Origin: Conidiobolus incongruus B7586
Taxonomy: Eukaryota
Direction: 5' to 3'
Assembly (NCBI GenBank): GCA_000697335.1
Contig: JNEM01009059.1
Span: 1 to 44,597 of the forward strand
Length of the DNA: 44,597 nt
Part shown: one piece after another, positions 25,708 through 38,221 of the stretch
Layout: each line of letters opens with the position of its first letter
Position numbering within the stretch: position 1 is the first letter of the stretch
Made by a program: the position numbers and the translations under genes
Notes under the pieces: model-generated
What the model was told of the DNA's origin: nothing
The model's input: the letters and a program-made list of their open reading frames with translations, nothing else
The model's database searches: none

Positions 25708-27280
25708 TACTAACCTACAAAAGGGAGTTATAAAATCAAAAATATATATATTTTAATTAATAACTAAAACAATTGTATATATTATATTACTTGAAACTAT
25801 AATATATAATTAAGGTATATCATTTAATAATAAATAAATATATTTAAATATATTTAGTAAACTATTAGTAAAAATATTAACCATTAATATTTAACTAAGG
25901 TAAGTTATAAATTTACAGGTTTTTGAGATAAAAGGATATATTTAACAATATATAACTATATCTTTTTTCTCTCTTTGCTATTATTTTATATAATATTTTA
26001 TAGATATACTAAATTTTTTTTATTAGTATTATTATACCTAAATCCCTCTTTAAAAAAATCTACTTATACATTAATCAACTTTATAAAAAAGGTAAATTAA
26101 CTTATAATATTGTTAGAATTACTAGTGTTAGTTAGTTTACTATAGTTAAAGTTGTTAAGAATAACAATAAAGAAACATTTAAACTTAAACTTAAATGTAC
26201 TAAAATCATAAATAAACATGATGAGAAGTATATTTATAGGTTAGTTAATATAGGTAAATGTAGTATTACTATAGAAATACAACAGGAACTATAAAACTAT
26301 ACAAGAATATTAGTTAACACTAATATTATTATATGTGTTTTATATTAACATAGATACTACTTACACTTTAAGAAAAAACACCCCTAACTAAAAAAATCCC
26401 ACTATAAAATTAGACAAGAGTTTAAATATCATCACTAATATTAAACTAAAACTAATTAGAGTAAGGTTATTTAGTTTAATGAAACAAAAATATACTTTAG
26501 TGGATTTAATAAAAAAGTTAGATACTTTAGAAAAGATGTAGAATTACTTTATAACTATTATGTTAATTTTACTTAAAAGTATAATAGTAGGTTAATTATT
26601 ATTTAGGGATGTATATTATCTTTAGGTATAAAGTATCTTTGTAAAATTAATAGGGGAATTAATATTGAAATGTACTAAAGTATTTTAAATAATAAATTAA
26701 AAAAAACCATTGAATAATATAGGTTAAATAAATCTAATGTTATTTTCTAGTAAGATAATACTTTTTATTATACTACAGCTTCTACTACCAAATAGCTTAA
26801 AAATAACAAGATAATAGTTATAAAGTAGCTTCTTTAATTTTTTAACTTTAATCTAATTAAACACCTTTAGGATTAGTTAAAAAAAGTTATTAAAGCTTTC
26901 CCCCCAATAAAAAATTTAAATTAACTTTAGAAATATGTTTAAAAAGTATAGAACAAGATTAACCCTTCTTAATATAAAAAGTTAATTGATTCTATACCCT
27001 ACAAACTTAAAGAAGTTAGAAAAGCTAAAGGTAAATATACTAGGTTTTAATTTTTTTTTATCACCAAAAACCTACAAATTTATAATTCACCTTAGGTAAA
27101 ATTTAAAGGTTTATATTTTAACCAATTAATAACTAAATATCATTATTTAATAATATATATAACTAATAAATATAATAGATTTTAATTATTTAATTTAAGT
27201 TTATTATATTAAATATTAATTAAGTTATTAGTAAAAATATAAGTGTTTTTGATTTTATAACTTACTTTTATAAGTTAGTA
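25708..27280 (+). mobile_element. Full-length Tc1-family (DD34E) DNA transposon, 1573 bp, inactivated
   Basis: Imperfect TIRs of ~230 bp: left 'tactaacctacaaaagggagttataaaatcaaaaa...ataaatttacaggtttttg' against right reverse complement 'tactaacttataaaagtaagttataaaatcaaaaa...ataaatttgtaggtttttg'. TA duplication at 25706-25707 and 27281-27282. The empty site is visible in family A copy 1 (~181-200). Confidence 0.92.
26034..27050 (+). pseudogene. Tc1 transposase pseudogene (338 codons, frame preserved, many nonsense transitions)
   Basis: One frame reads N*SKVI*FNETK (=DWSKVIWSDETK; first D at 26478), KYNSRLIII*GC (=KHGGGSIMIWGC), VIF**DNTFYY (=VIFQQDNAPCH; D at 26754) and *LL*FFNFNLIKHL* (=WPPQSPDLNPIEHLW; E position 26859). 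There are exactly 34 codons between D and E. The frame ends KAKGKYTRF*. Confidence 0.92.
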
Positions 27281-30200
27281 TATTAGTTATATATGTATTT
27301 TATATATATTAAAGTTTAAACTAAAATTAATTAATAAAAATATAAAATAAATACCTTATATTTTAACTAAAGCTTAAAAAAAGTTAGAGTAACTATTGTT
27401 AAATAAAATTTACTAAGATATAGTTAGAAATTAAAATTTTTACAATAAATTATTATAATTAATGAATCTTAGATTTTTTTATATAATCTTTTACTAAAAC
27501 ATAAATTAAAGTGTTAGATTAAGTTAAATTAAACCCCTCTAAAATTTTTTTTAAATAAACACTTTATTGATAAATAAATATTAATTATTGTAATAGATTA
27601 TAATATCATATGCTATTCTTATTTAAAATTTTAAAAAAAAATCAATTAATAGTAAACTTTATATTTTTTTTTAAATAAAACTATTTCTAATTAGTATTCT
27701 CAATATAATTTAAGAAAACCTATTATTTTACATGGTAATTATAAAATATATAAATTTAAAGTTATAAAAAACTTTTTAATTAAAAATAACTGGAAAAAAC
27801 TACCACATTTAGTATATTCTTTAGATTATAACCTATTTAATTATAATTGTTTTAGGTAATTAAAAAACTAATAGGAAAGAAAATTTTTGCAAGAAAATTT
27901 AATTGGTTTGCAAAACATCAAATTTTAGTCTTTAATAAAAAGAACTATTTTTTAAGTGTTAGATCTTTGTTAAAAGTATAGCAAAAAGTTATTAGAAATA
28001 AAAGAAATTATTAATTTTATATTATATATTTATTTTTACTTTTTATATATTAAAATGTTTACTTTTTTTTCAATTGCAAAAAATTCCCATTATTTAAATT
28101 ACAAAGTAATAATATACATTTGTAATTTTTATTTAGGTTTTATACTGAGTCATAATATACCATATATTAAAATAAAAAATCAAGTAATGAAATCTAAATT
28201 CAAACAATTGAAAGAAGGAATATACTTTATAAAATAATTTATATTCAAATATGATTATCAGAACCTAGACATTTTCTTCTAGAAAATATGCATGTATATG
28301 TATTAGTAAAGGCTCAATAACCTTTTTCTAAATATATAAATAATTAATTCTAAAATGAATTTGCTGAAAAATTCAATTAAATTTTCAGGGAGATTATTAT
28401 AATTAAGTTGCATAATTGTTCATAAAAGCTAAAAAACAAATTAAAATAATAATTTTAAATGAAGTGAAATGATTCAACAAGAATATTTGTATATTATAGT
28501 TTTTAATCATGTAATATTTTTCTATTATCCATTTTAAAAGTAGCTATTCAATTTTGTAAAAATTGATCAATTAATTTATCAATTATGGTATTCCATTGTA
28601 TTCAATCATTCACAATCCACTTCGTAGCTAATTTTTTGATATTAACTTTAGAGCTAATATCTGTTATATTAGATTTAATACCATAGCTTATGAACGAAAG
28701 ATTATGATGATATATATCCAGTAAAACACAGTAATTTTTTATGTTTTGCATTATGATTTTTGGTTATATTAAGAAATACTGGTAAGATCTTAAAATAGTT
28801 TACTGTTTAATTATGCAAAATGCAAGTCATATTAATTTTTAAATGCATAACAAAGAAATAAGGTAGATTATTAATAACTATATTCTCAATAATAGTGTTA
28901 TTAACAAATGAATAGATCAAGTAATAGAATGAACCCACACACTATTATCTATAATAATATGCCATACACTTCTCTTGTAATCCATGAAAATAATATAATT
29001 GTAATTACAGCATATAATAAATATTATCTACTGGCTCAAAAAGCAAATTTTCACTTTAAAATCACAATATTTTATGAATTCATAAATATTTTAACGTTAT
29101 TTTGGTATTATGTTAAAATAAAGGATTTAATAACTTTCATATTATATAAGTTATAGCGTTCGAGAAAAATTTCAATATAAGCCAAGATGACTGAATAATA
29201 TAGAATTTTGAACTTTGCTAGAATTAAACAAAGAGAATTTAACAAGCTATCATACTATGAAAAAATATTCTATATCGACTACTTTAAGAATTTACAAGTA
29301 AAAACTAATCAAAAGGGTGTCTCAAAACCTAATATGGTAAAACAGTTTTAGTGAACTTAAATTCGGATTATCTAATATAAAAACTTACCTTGCTTAGGCT
29401 GTCTAAATTCTATGTCTAGCCAAAGAAATTAAAAAATATAAACTGTTTCAAATATCAATTACATGCCTCATTAAAACAATAAACACAATTACTATATTTT
29501 GATATAATTTTCATAATAAATTAATTAAATGATAAAATAAAATTGATTAGAAATTTAAATTATATCTTATATTTTAATTAAAGATTAAATATTTTAAAAT
29601 ACAAAACCAATATAAATTGATATTATTATAATTCTTATCATAATTAGTTTCAAAAATTATTTAAATAGATAAATTATGGATCCTAGTATATAATTTATTA
29701 GCAAAAAATACAAAGAATTCTTGGGTCAAAAAATTCAAATCATTATAATAAATTATAAAATAGAATTATTTAAAAAAGAAATATTATTCAGTATAAATTA
29801 CAATAATTCAACATTCCAATAATTATAACAAGTAAAAATGAAAATATTTTGTAATTTTTTAAAAACCAATGTTACTAAATGGTGTAAGAAGAAATCTATT
29901 AGATGCAATTTATTTTAAATAATATATCTCATACACATATGAGTAAAGCTATTGAAGCTTCACTTATTAAAAAGAACAGGTCTTTATTACCAAATCTTCT
30001 ATACTCACTACATATTATTCTTTGTGACTATGGTTGTATTAGTAAGCTAAAAAATTGAATTTCAGAAGGAGAGTTGATATATTTCAAATATTTTAAAATT
30101 AGAAATGTGATTTTAAAAATGAATATTAAAAAATAATGTTTAAGGGTTAAGCAATTACAATTAATACGGTATTGTGTTATTAAATAAGGATGAAAATGGT

Positions 30201-30970
30201 AACTACTAAAATGATATTACCTTTATACTTGCTTTTTGTATTTTGTTAAAGTAAAAATTCATATATACTGAACTTTTTGAACCATCATTTAAAATAATAA
30301 TTTAGTTAATAACATTTTTAAAAACGAAAAACATTAGTCAAGCAAAAAAACAAAGTTATAAACATATAGAAAATAAATTGATACTTGAATTTTTCAAAAA
30401 TCAAATTAGAATAGTAAAATTATAATATATCGTTTTATTCTCATTTAACAAAATTTATATTTCAAAATTTTACTTTTTAATATTTATGATAATATTTATA
30501 AATGGATATATACCTTTGAATTATTTTTTTATAACACAGTATATAAATTTCTCAATATAATATTAACGAATATTATCACATTTAAAACTTAAAATCTGGT
30601 TATTTTTAAAAATTGAAAATTTTAATCACATAATATTTGACCAATTAAACCAATTGAACAAATTAAGGGAAAATGGAAAAAATATTTTAATTACAAAGAT
30701 CAATATTAAAATATTTTTATAATTGAAATTATAAAGTATCTTAAATTAATATATATTATTAATACAAATGATAATATAAACTTAATTAGCTTTTTTATAG
30801 GAAATATGGTATTAATTATAAAGCAGATGGATTACTATTTATTATAATTGATATAGAACAAAATTGGTATTAATCTGCTTAAAGCATATCAAATTATTTT
30901 TTGCATGATTTTAATAAAGTATAAATATACAATTTGAAATACTGAATAAATAAATTGAGTTCGTAAACAA

Positions 30971-32452
30971 ATGAATGTAAAAATAAATTATCTAATTGGA
31001 TTATTTTCCTTGGCAACGACCACTGCTAAACTTGGTGAAGAAGCTGATAAAAATTTAAAACAGCTAATCACCAATACGCTAAACTCTACTATAGTATGGG
31101 ATCGAATTGCTGAAATGACTGATACATATGGTCATCGACTGGTTGGCTCTACAAACCTTGAGAAGTCTATTGATTGGTTAGTGGAATTAATTAAGAAAGA
31201 TGGCATAGATGTCAAGACTGAACCTGTCAAGGTCGACTACTGGTATCGCATTCATGAAAAACTCACTTTGTTCACTGACACAAGGGGAGAAGTTCCTCTC
31301 AAGGTTGCTGCATTAGGTAATTCAGTGTCTTCTCCAGAAGGAGGAGCTACTGCCGAAGTTGTCCCTGTGTCAGGTTTTGAAGAAATGGATGCTATTTTAG
31401 CAAAAGACAAGGACTTCTTCAGGGGCAAAATTGTACTTTATAACTATCCATTTAAGAACTATGCTAATGGGCTCATGTTCAGTCATAAAGGTGCTAAAAA
31501 AGCTGAGGATAATGGAGCTGTTGGCAGTATGGTCAAATCAGTGGCTCCTTTTGGTTTGAATACCCTTCATGTAGGGCACCAAGATACACCTAGTAATATT
31601 CCATCAGTTGCTATTACCGCTGAGGATGCCAATCTTTTGACACGTATGTATAAGAGAGCAAATGGTCAACTTGCTTTGAATGGTATAGAAAAAGATATAG
31701 CGGTACCCCCCAAAGTATGTCTAGATATCAAAGTGGGATTCGAAAACCAGACTAGAATTTCGAGAAATGTTATAGCAGAAATCAAAGGTAGTGAGTTCCC
31801 TGACGAATATATTATATTGGGAGGCCATATCGATAGCTGGGACTTGGGTGTTGGTGCAATGGATGATGGCGGTGGATCATTTAATTCATATGAAGCCTTA
31901 AGACAAATATCAAAACTTCCAATGAAGCCAAGGAGAACAATTCAAGCTGTATTTTGGACTAGTGAAGAAAACGGAAATGTAGGTGGAAAACAATTTGCGA
32001 ACAATCGTAAGGATATAATGGATAAAATGGCTTTCGTGATGGAATCTGACTATAATTCTGCTAAAGCTGTTGGTATCCGTTTTACTGGAAATAGTAAGCA
32101 AGAGTCATTCTTGAAAGATATTGCCAATACTTATCTTAAACCTCACGGATTTGGGTTTACAGTTGGCAAAGGGTTCGGAGGATCTGGCATAGATCCAATT
32201 TGCTCAGAAGGTAAAGTTCCTTGTGCAGGCTTCGAGAGTGCATATCCGGTCAGAAATACCTATTTCAATGCTTCAATGAGCACAAATGACGAAGATATTC
32301 CAAGTGGTTACTTTTGGTTCCATCATACTGATGCCGATCGCATGGAAGTTTTGAAACAAGAACAATTGGCTAAATGTTCCGCAACTATAGCTGCTTACAT
32401 TTATGGTATTGCTCAAAATGACGAAGCACTTCATAAAATGAAGGTGTATTAA
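30971..32452 (+). CDS. CPQ: Carboxypeptidase Q-like M28D metallopeptidase, copy 4 (intact, intronless, 493 aa)
   Basis: Signal-like MNVKINYLIGLFSLATTTA, WDRIAEMTDTYGHRLVGS, GGHIDSWD, GAMDDGGG, WTSEENG, MESD and FHHT. Confidence 0.95.
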   Translation: MNVKINYLIGLFSLATTTAKLGEEADKNLKQLITNTLNSTIVWDRIAEMTDTYGHRLVGSTNLEKSIDWLVELIKKDGIDVKTEPVKVDYWYRIHEKLTLFTDTRGEVPLKVAALGNSVSSPEGGATAEVVPVSGFEEMDAILAKDKDFFRGKIVLYNYPFKNYANGLMFSHKGAKKAEDNGAVGSMVKSVAPFGLNTLHVGHQDTPSNIPSVAITAEDANLLTRMYKRANGQLALNGIEKDIAVPPKVCLDIKVGFENQTRISRNVIAEIKGSEFPDEYIILGGHIDSWDLGVGAMDDGGGSFNSYEALRQISKLPMKPRRTIQAVFWTSEENGNVGGKQFANNRKDIMDKMAFVMESDYNSAKAVGIRFTGNSKQESFLKDIANTYLKPHGFGFTVGKGFGGSGIDPICSEGKVPCAGFESAYPVRNTYFNASMSTNDEDIPSGYFWFHHTDADRMEVLKQEQLAKCSATIAAYIYGIAQNDEALHKMKVY

Positions 32453-33059
32453 TAGAAAAGTAAAATATTTATTAAACTACTAATGTAGTTGAATAAATAT
32501 TTTATAAGCTAATAACCTTATATTAGGGAGATTCAGAAACTCAACTTGAAAAATACAATTCTTTTGATTTATAACTTAAATTTTATCAAATTTATGTCAA
32601 AAATTTATGTGCATTTCCATTTTAATCATGTTTGTTCAGATTTACTTTCGATATTTTATAAGATTATCATATCTCTTTAAAAGTAAACCAGAGTATGTTT
32701 ATTTATCATTTAATTCTATATTATAATACAGTATATAAAATGAATATCATATTTGTCAATGAAGCTTAGTATTCTAGCTATAATTATATTTATTATTCTT
32801 GAATATATTGAACCATTATAAATTTAAAACATAATAAAATAATAATCAATAATATAGGATTTTTAATATAGCTAATATTTTTTTATTGAATTTGGTTAAT
32901 TTCATTAATTAACATAGTATAATAATATATGGTATATATAATATTATTTTTATTTTTCAATTATAGAATTAATTCAATAATTTATTGAATAATCAGTCAA
33001 AATTAATTACCTTATTAAACTAGGTTTTATGATTTAATTTAATATTACTATAGAAATGA

Positions 33060-34719
33060 AATAATAGCAAAATATTAAAATGAAAATTATTTAAAAATGA
33101 TAATATATAATTTAAAAATTAACACATAATATAAAATTAATACTCTCTTTAATTATTAATTATTTTTTATACTTTTAGCAAGATTCTAAGGTTAAAATTT
33201 AGTTTTTTTATTAAGACTAAAAGTTAATATCTTATAAATTAATTTAGCTTATTTAAAAGAATTTATTTTCTTATAAGTATTTTATTTAATTACCCAAAAA
33301 AAATTATAATCTTATGGGTTTTAAATTAGTAAATAAACTTGATAAGATAGTTTTTTTTAATTTTATATATATAAAATCTTTTATAATTTCATTATATATT
33401 TTTTATATTTTTTATATTTATTATGAATATTAATCAATATTTTTAACTTAAATTAAAAACATTAATTAAGAATTAATTTATTTAAAAAATAATATAAAAC
33501 TTACTAATAATTAACTTCTCTTAAAAAATTAGATAATTAGATTATATAACACTATAAACAATTGTAAGTGAATAACAACAGTTAAGGGTAGAGGAAATGG
33601 GTCTCTCAACCCTTAGGAAATATATGATAACTGGATCCTTCAGTATTAAGGTGCTAACTAATAATAATAAGAAATATATTAATAGTTAAGCAAAAGGTTT
33701 ATTTGTGTAAGAAGTAATGTAAGCCAGAGTCCTAGCTAGAGAGAAGGATCTGAGTCCTTTTTATAGCTAAGTGGAATATATACACATAAATATGTAAGGC
33801 TGAGTAATAATAAGGTTACTCAGACATGGGGATTTGTAAAATGTTGATAAAACCTAATTTAGATAATCAGGTCCTTAGTAGTGAATTAGAGTGAGAAAAG
33901 GTATCAATTAAGTAGCAATTGCCATAATACTTATAATTATAATAATAATTAATATTTATATATTAATAAGATATTTTTTATTAGGATTTATAAAAGGATT
34001 ATTTTAACTTAAACTAGTATTTGACTTAGTAATTAAGTAAAAAATTATATAAAATAATTTAAAATTTATCTATTATAATAATTTATTATAGAAATTTCTG
34101 ATATTGGTTATATATTAATATTTTTGATTTAGTTATAATTATTTTAATTATTTTAAATATTATATTAAATTATATATAATTTATTTTTATATTTTTATTA
34201 TTTAATCTAAGTTTAAACTATAATATATATATTATACTATTATTATTATTAATATTAAACTTATTAAATCATTTTTTAGTTAAAATAAAATATAGTTTTT
34301 TAATTTATCATTTATTATATTAAATAATAAAATAAAAATAAAAATTAATTTTTTAAATTTAAATCAATTTTAAATTATATCCCTTTTAGCTTTAAAGTGG
34401 TAAATCTAGTGATAAAGGGTAGATTTAGATAAAATATTATCTTCATAAGCTGTTTATAAATTTTAAATAATTTTAGAAAATTTATGATTAAATTTTTATA
34501 ATATTAAAATAAAAACCTTTTGATGATCACTATCTAATTTAACTATGATTAAATTTAACTTTAAATTTTAAATTAAAAATATTTTAATAAAAAAATAATT
34601 ATAAAGTATATTCAAAGAAGTATTAATTCTTTTTTATATTTTATATATAATTAATTTTTCAAAAATAACAATATATTTGAAAAACCAGAAATTAAAAAAT
34701 TTACCATTTATTTCTTTCT
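33060..34719 (+). repeat. Repeat family A, copy 4 (split by solo LTR at 33563-33941)
   Basis: 'ataatataaaattaata...tatacttttagcaagattctaa...ttattaagactaaaa' matches the reverse complement of ~27920-28030. The 3' end 'tatatttgaaaaaccagaaattaaaaaatttaccatt' matches the other copies. Confidence 0.72.
33563..33941 (-). mobile_element. Solo LTR (379 bp) of an LTR retrotransposon
   Basis: A GC-richer block that begins TGTAA and ends TTATA (TTACA with C>T), flanked by ACAAT/ATAAT 5-bp duplication. Removing it restores 'acaataattaatattta', the empty site in copy 3 (reverse complement of ~27575-27592). On the minus strand TATAAAA (~33759-33765) precedes AATAAA (~33698-33703). Confidence 0.75.
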
Positions 34720-35921
34720 GAACTAATATTTAAGAAAAACTAATCAAAAAATAATGTAATTTTATCTTATATCATTCCAATTGAAATTATTAAGGTAGCT
34801 TATAATTTTTTAATTTATGTATTTTATATTCTGATTGAATTATTAAATTGGTAATTTTATAATGACCTTGAATTATTAATAATAATAATTTTGATTGCAA
34901 AATGATAATATGAATAATTTGATTATAATATAGTCAATGAAATATATTCATAAACTAAACCTCATTTTTCTAAAAAATTTGTTTTTCATTATATTATTTG
35001 ACTAATCCCATTTATTAATAATAATTATATAATTATTAAGTTATTGGTTGAATTAAAATAGATCAATTTTTGATTCTAATACTTGGGTGTTCTGATTAGA
35101 CTCAACTTTCACTCATTAATATTACTTCGGAATTAAAATTGTTAAATATTATTAATAAATTAAACACTTAAGTATATTTGATATTCTCAAAAATATATTG
35201 ACCTAAGTATCATAAACAATGACACAACATTACAATCAATTGTTTCAATTTAAAATTAATATTCAATTAGAGGACAAGATTAATAATATTTTTTCATTAA
35301 CATCAAATTAAGTTTGAAGATATAATCAAAGATATTTTTATCTTGAATTGAATTTTTTATATCAAAACGACATAATTGTTAAACTAAAAATTATTTAAGG
35401 TGTAGAATGTTTTTTATAATATAAATTTAACTAATCAGTACTATTGGGTAACTTGATCAGGCAGTATTAAAGTCTTCTCTGTAGAAATTAACATTATAAT
35501 TGTGATATTAAACATTTGATTTGACAATATATATATAATTATATCACCTAGAATTGATCTTATAATTCTAACTTGAAAATTAGCGTTAGATAATAAATTG
35601 ATAAAATTACTGATTTTACATATATCGGATATAATATATATATTTTTTGATTCTGTTTTAAGTTATTTTTGTCTTAAATTTTATTCGATTTATAAAGGCG
35701 ATATATTCAGTATGAAATATTAGTTAATGGGAAGATCAATTTTAGTTAGATAGTTAATAAAAGTTGAGGCATTCAATTATATTAATCGCTAGATATGTTG
35801 ATAACATTATCTAAATATAATTCCAGCTCGAGCAATATATCTTTTGTGCGTTTCAATGTTCAACAGCTTTGTACAATTGTTTGATCCTGTTTAGATGATG
35901 TTTGAAAAGTTAAATATTATA

Positions 35922-36095
35922 TTATTGGATCAAATTTTCTCTATTCGAATCAGAACTGGGTTTAGAAAAAAAGCAAAATTTGATTATACAAGCAATGAAT
36001 ACTATGACGGCAGTGATCGAAATGCCGATTGTAATGGCATCTGTATTTGTTGAAACTGTAGCACTCGAATGTACGAATCTCTTATCTAAGTGCAT
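35922..36095 (-). CDS. Possible 57-aa single-pass membrane protein (hypothetical)
   Basis: MHLDKRFVHSSATVSTNTDAITIGISITAVIVFIACIIKFCFFSKPSSDSNRENLIQ*. It lies in a locally GC-richer, CpG-containing island and has one ~20-aa hydrophobic stretch. No family recognised. Confidence 0.3.
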   Translation of the reverse strand: MHLDKRFVHSSATVSTNTDAITIGISITAVIVFIACIIKFCFFSKPSSDSNRENLIQ

Positions 36096-38221
36096 TTTGA
36101 CTCTTCATTGAAATAATAAATTTTACACTTTAATCATCTCGTATCCTTTTATACTTCGACTCAAAAATTCTAAATATAAATTTTAATTAAGCCAAAATTG
36201 TTAAATTGGTAAATCATTTCAACTCTTATCATATTTTATAGTATATATTCATCATTGGTTTAATTTTGATAGGTGTTTATTATTAAATGGGAATTTTAAA
36301 TTTCGGACTGACAAAGTGGAGCAATATTTAATCATATGCTGTGTGGTGAAAGAAAATTCTTCCTACCATTTCGGCCATTATAATATATCAATTCTCTTAG
36401 TGTAACCTATTAGAATGATATATATATATATATATATATATTAAAAGCTTTTTCAATAGTGCTATATTATGTTTAGAAAGGATATATTTATTGATTTTAT
36501 AAAAAGAATATAGTAAAAATAATTCTTCCATAAACTAGTTTACATATGAAAATTCTTAATACAGTCCGAACTTCAAATAATTAGCCTGCATTTTTACAAT
36601 TCATTTACCTTATTAATCATCCAAGGTACATATTCTCATTAATATTTTCAATGTGAATATTAGATGATCATTTAGCAGGTTAACTAGGGATAAATTGCTA
36701 AATCAAAAATGATACTTTCAGATTAATTAATATTATATCATTGATTTGAGATCAGATCTTTATAATTATAACGATTTAAGTTTTGATAAAAGCAGATCCA
36801 AAATTATTATCACACTTAATTATTAGAAACTTCATATACAGTTATATATAAATGACCGATTTCTGAAATTCGATTATATTAATTCACAAAATAGATAGTT
36901 TTTGTTAAATTTATTTTATCAAATACATTTTAAATTATGATTTATTCAATTATTAATATTTATATTCATTTGTTATAATTAAATCGATAAAATAAAAATT
37001 ATTTTAGTGTGTTTTTATGTTCTAATTATTGCTTAGTTAAAATCATATTATAATACCTTACTTTGATTTAAGCTTATATCCAATTAAAATTTTGATTCTA
37101 TATTCTTTAAGGACGCACTATTTCAATTATTATATCATTTTAATAAATAACTGTTTATAAATTATAAATCATTGACAATAAAGTTAGAAATAAGGATAAG
37201 TGATTTATTTGTGATTGCATTACACATCATAACCTTTCCAATATTGTATAGACTGAAAAAAATTTTGGGTAATAATTTCTATTTATTCACATTAAATGTC
37301 TCACATTTTGGCATATATTAACTAATTTTATGAATATTAAAAATTTGATTATACAAGATATATTTTATAAATGTGTCAATATTCATAAAATAATATGTAT
37401 GCGGATAATCGAAAATGAATTTTTCAAAAATTGCTTCAAATGATAAAAACAGCGATATTATTCTTTTATTGACAGAATTTTAATCACAAATCAAAAATCT
37501 TATATGACTAATTAGAATTCAACTATTATGATACCTTTGAGTTATGAGCAGTTTTAACTTTTAATTTTTAAAATGAATATTTTAGTGAATTCAAATTATA
37601 TATTTTCATATATAATAATACTTGGATATGAGTATTCATAATTCTAAGGTTTATATAAATTGGATACCTATTTCTTCAAATTGTATACTTATATTATTTC
37701 CAATGAAATGCTGTTTGTATCAAAAATTCTCTTGAAATATAAATTTGTATTCTATACAAATGTATATAGTAATATTGATGGTAATCAAATTAATCATATA
37801 TTTATTAATAACGAAATAAAATATCAACTGTAAAAATATAAATACGCGAGCTATGTTGAATTTTATAATATTGATGGTAAATCTGGGTAAATTAACAACT
37901 CAACAATTCTGATATATTCTGAAAAAGCAAGGAAAATAATATTGAGAAATTCATATTCGATACTAATGTTACATAAATAAAATATCTTACAGGTAAGCGA
38001 ATATTTTATTGGTGAAATTAATAGGATAATTTTGACGAACACTGGAGTAGATATGAGATTTTATAGTGGTGATTATATTTCAAAGAATATCAACAGGTTT
38101 GCGTATATGAAAAATTTTGACACAAAATTGGATAGCGAATTAATACTAGTATAAGAAATTATTTTAAACTGCTTTCATAAACTAAACGAACACTACTATC
38201 TATGAAAAGAGAATTGAATAT

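Larger units (their letters stand above)
25236..28100 (-). repeat. Repeat family A, copy 3 (inverted; split by Tc1 insertion at 25708-27280)
   Basis: 25240-25707 is the reverse complement of the ~185-625 segment. 27283-28100 is the reverse complement of the ~23045-23820 and ~33100-34250 segments. Confidence 0.78.

Noticed and set aside
26034..27050. TAA/TAG reassignment to Gln making the transposase functional
   Set aside because: In-frame stops fall at both Trp and Gln positions, and the catalytic D and E codons are also mutated.
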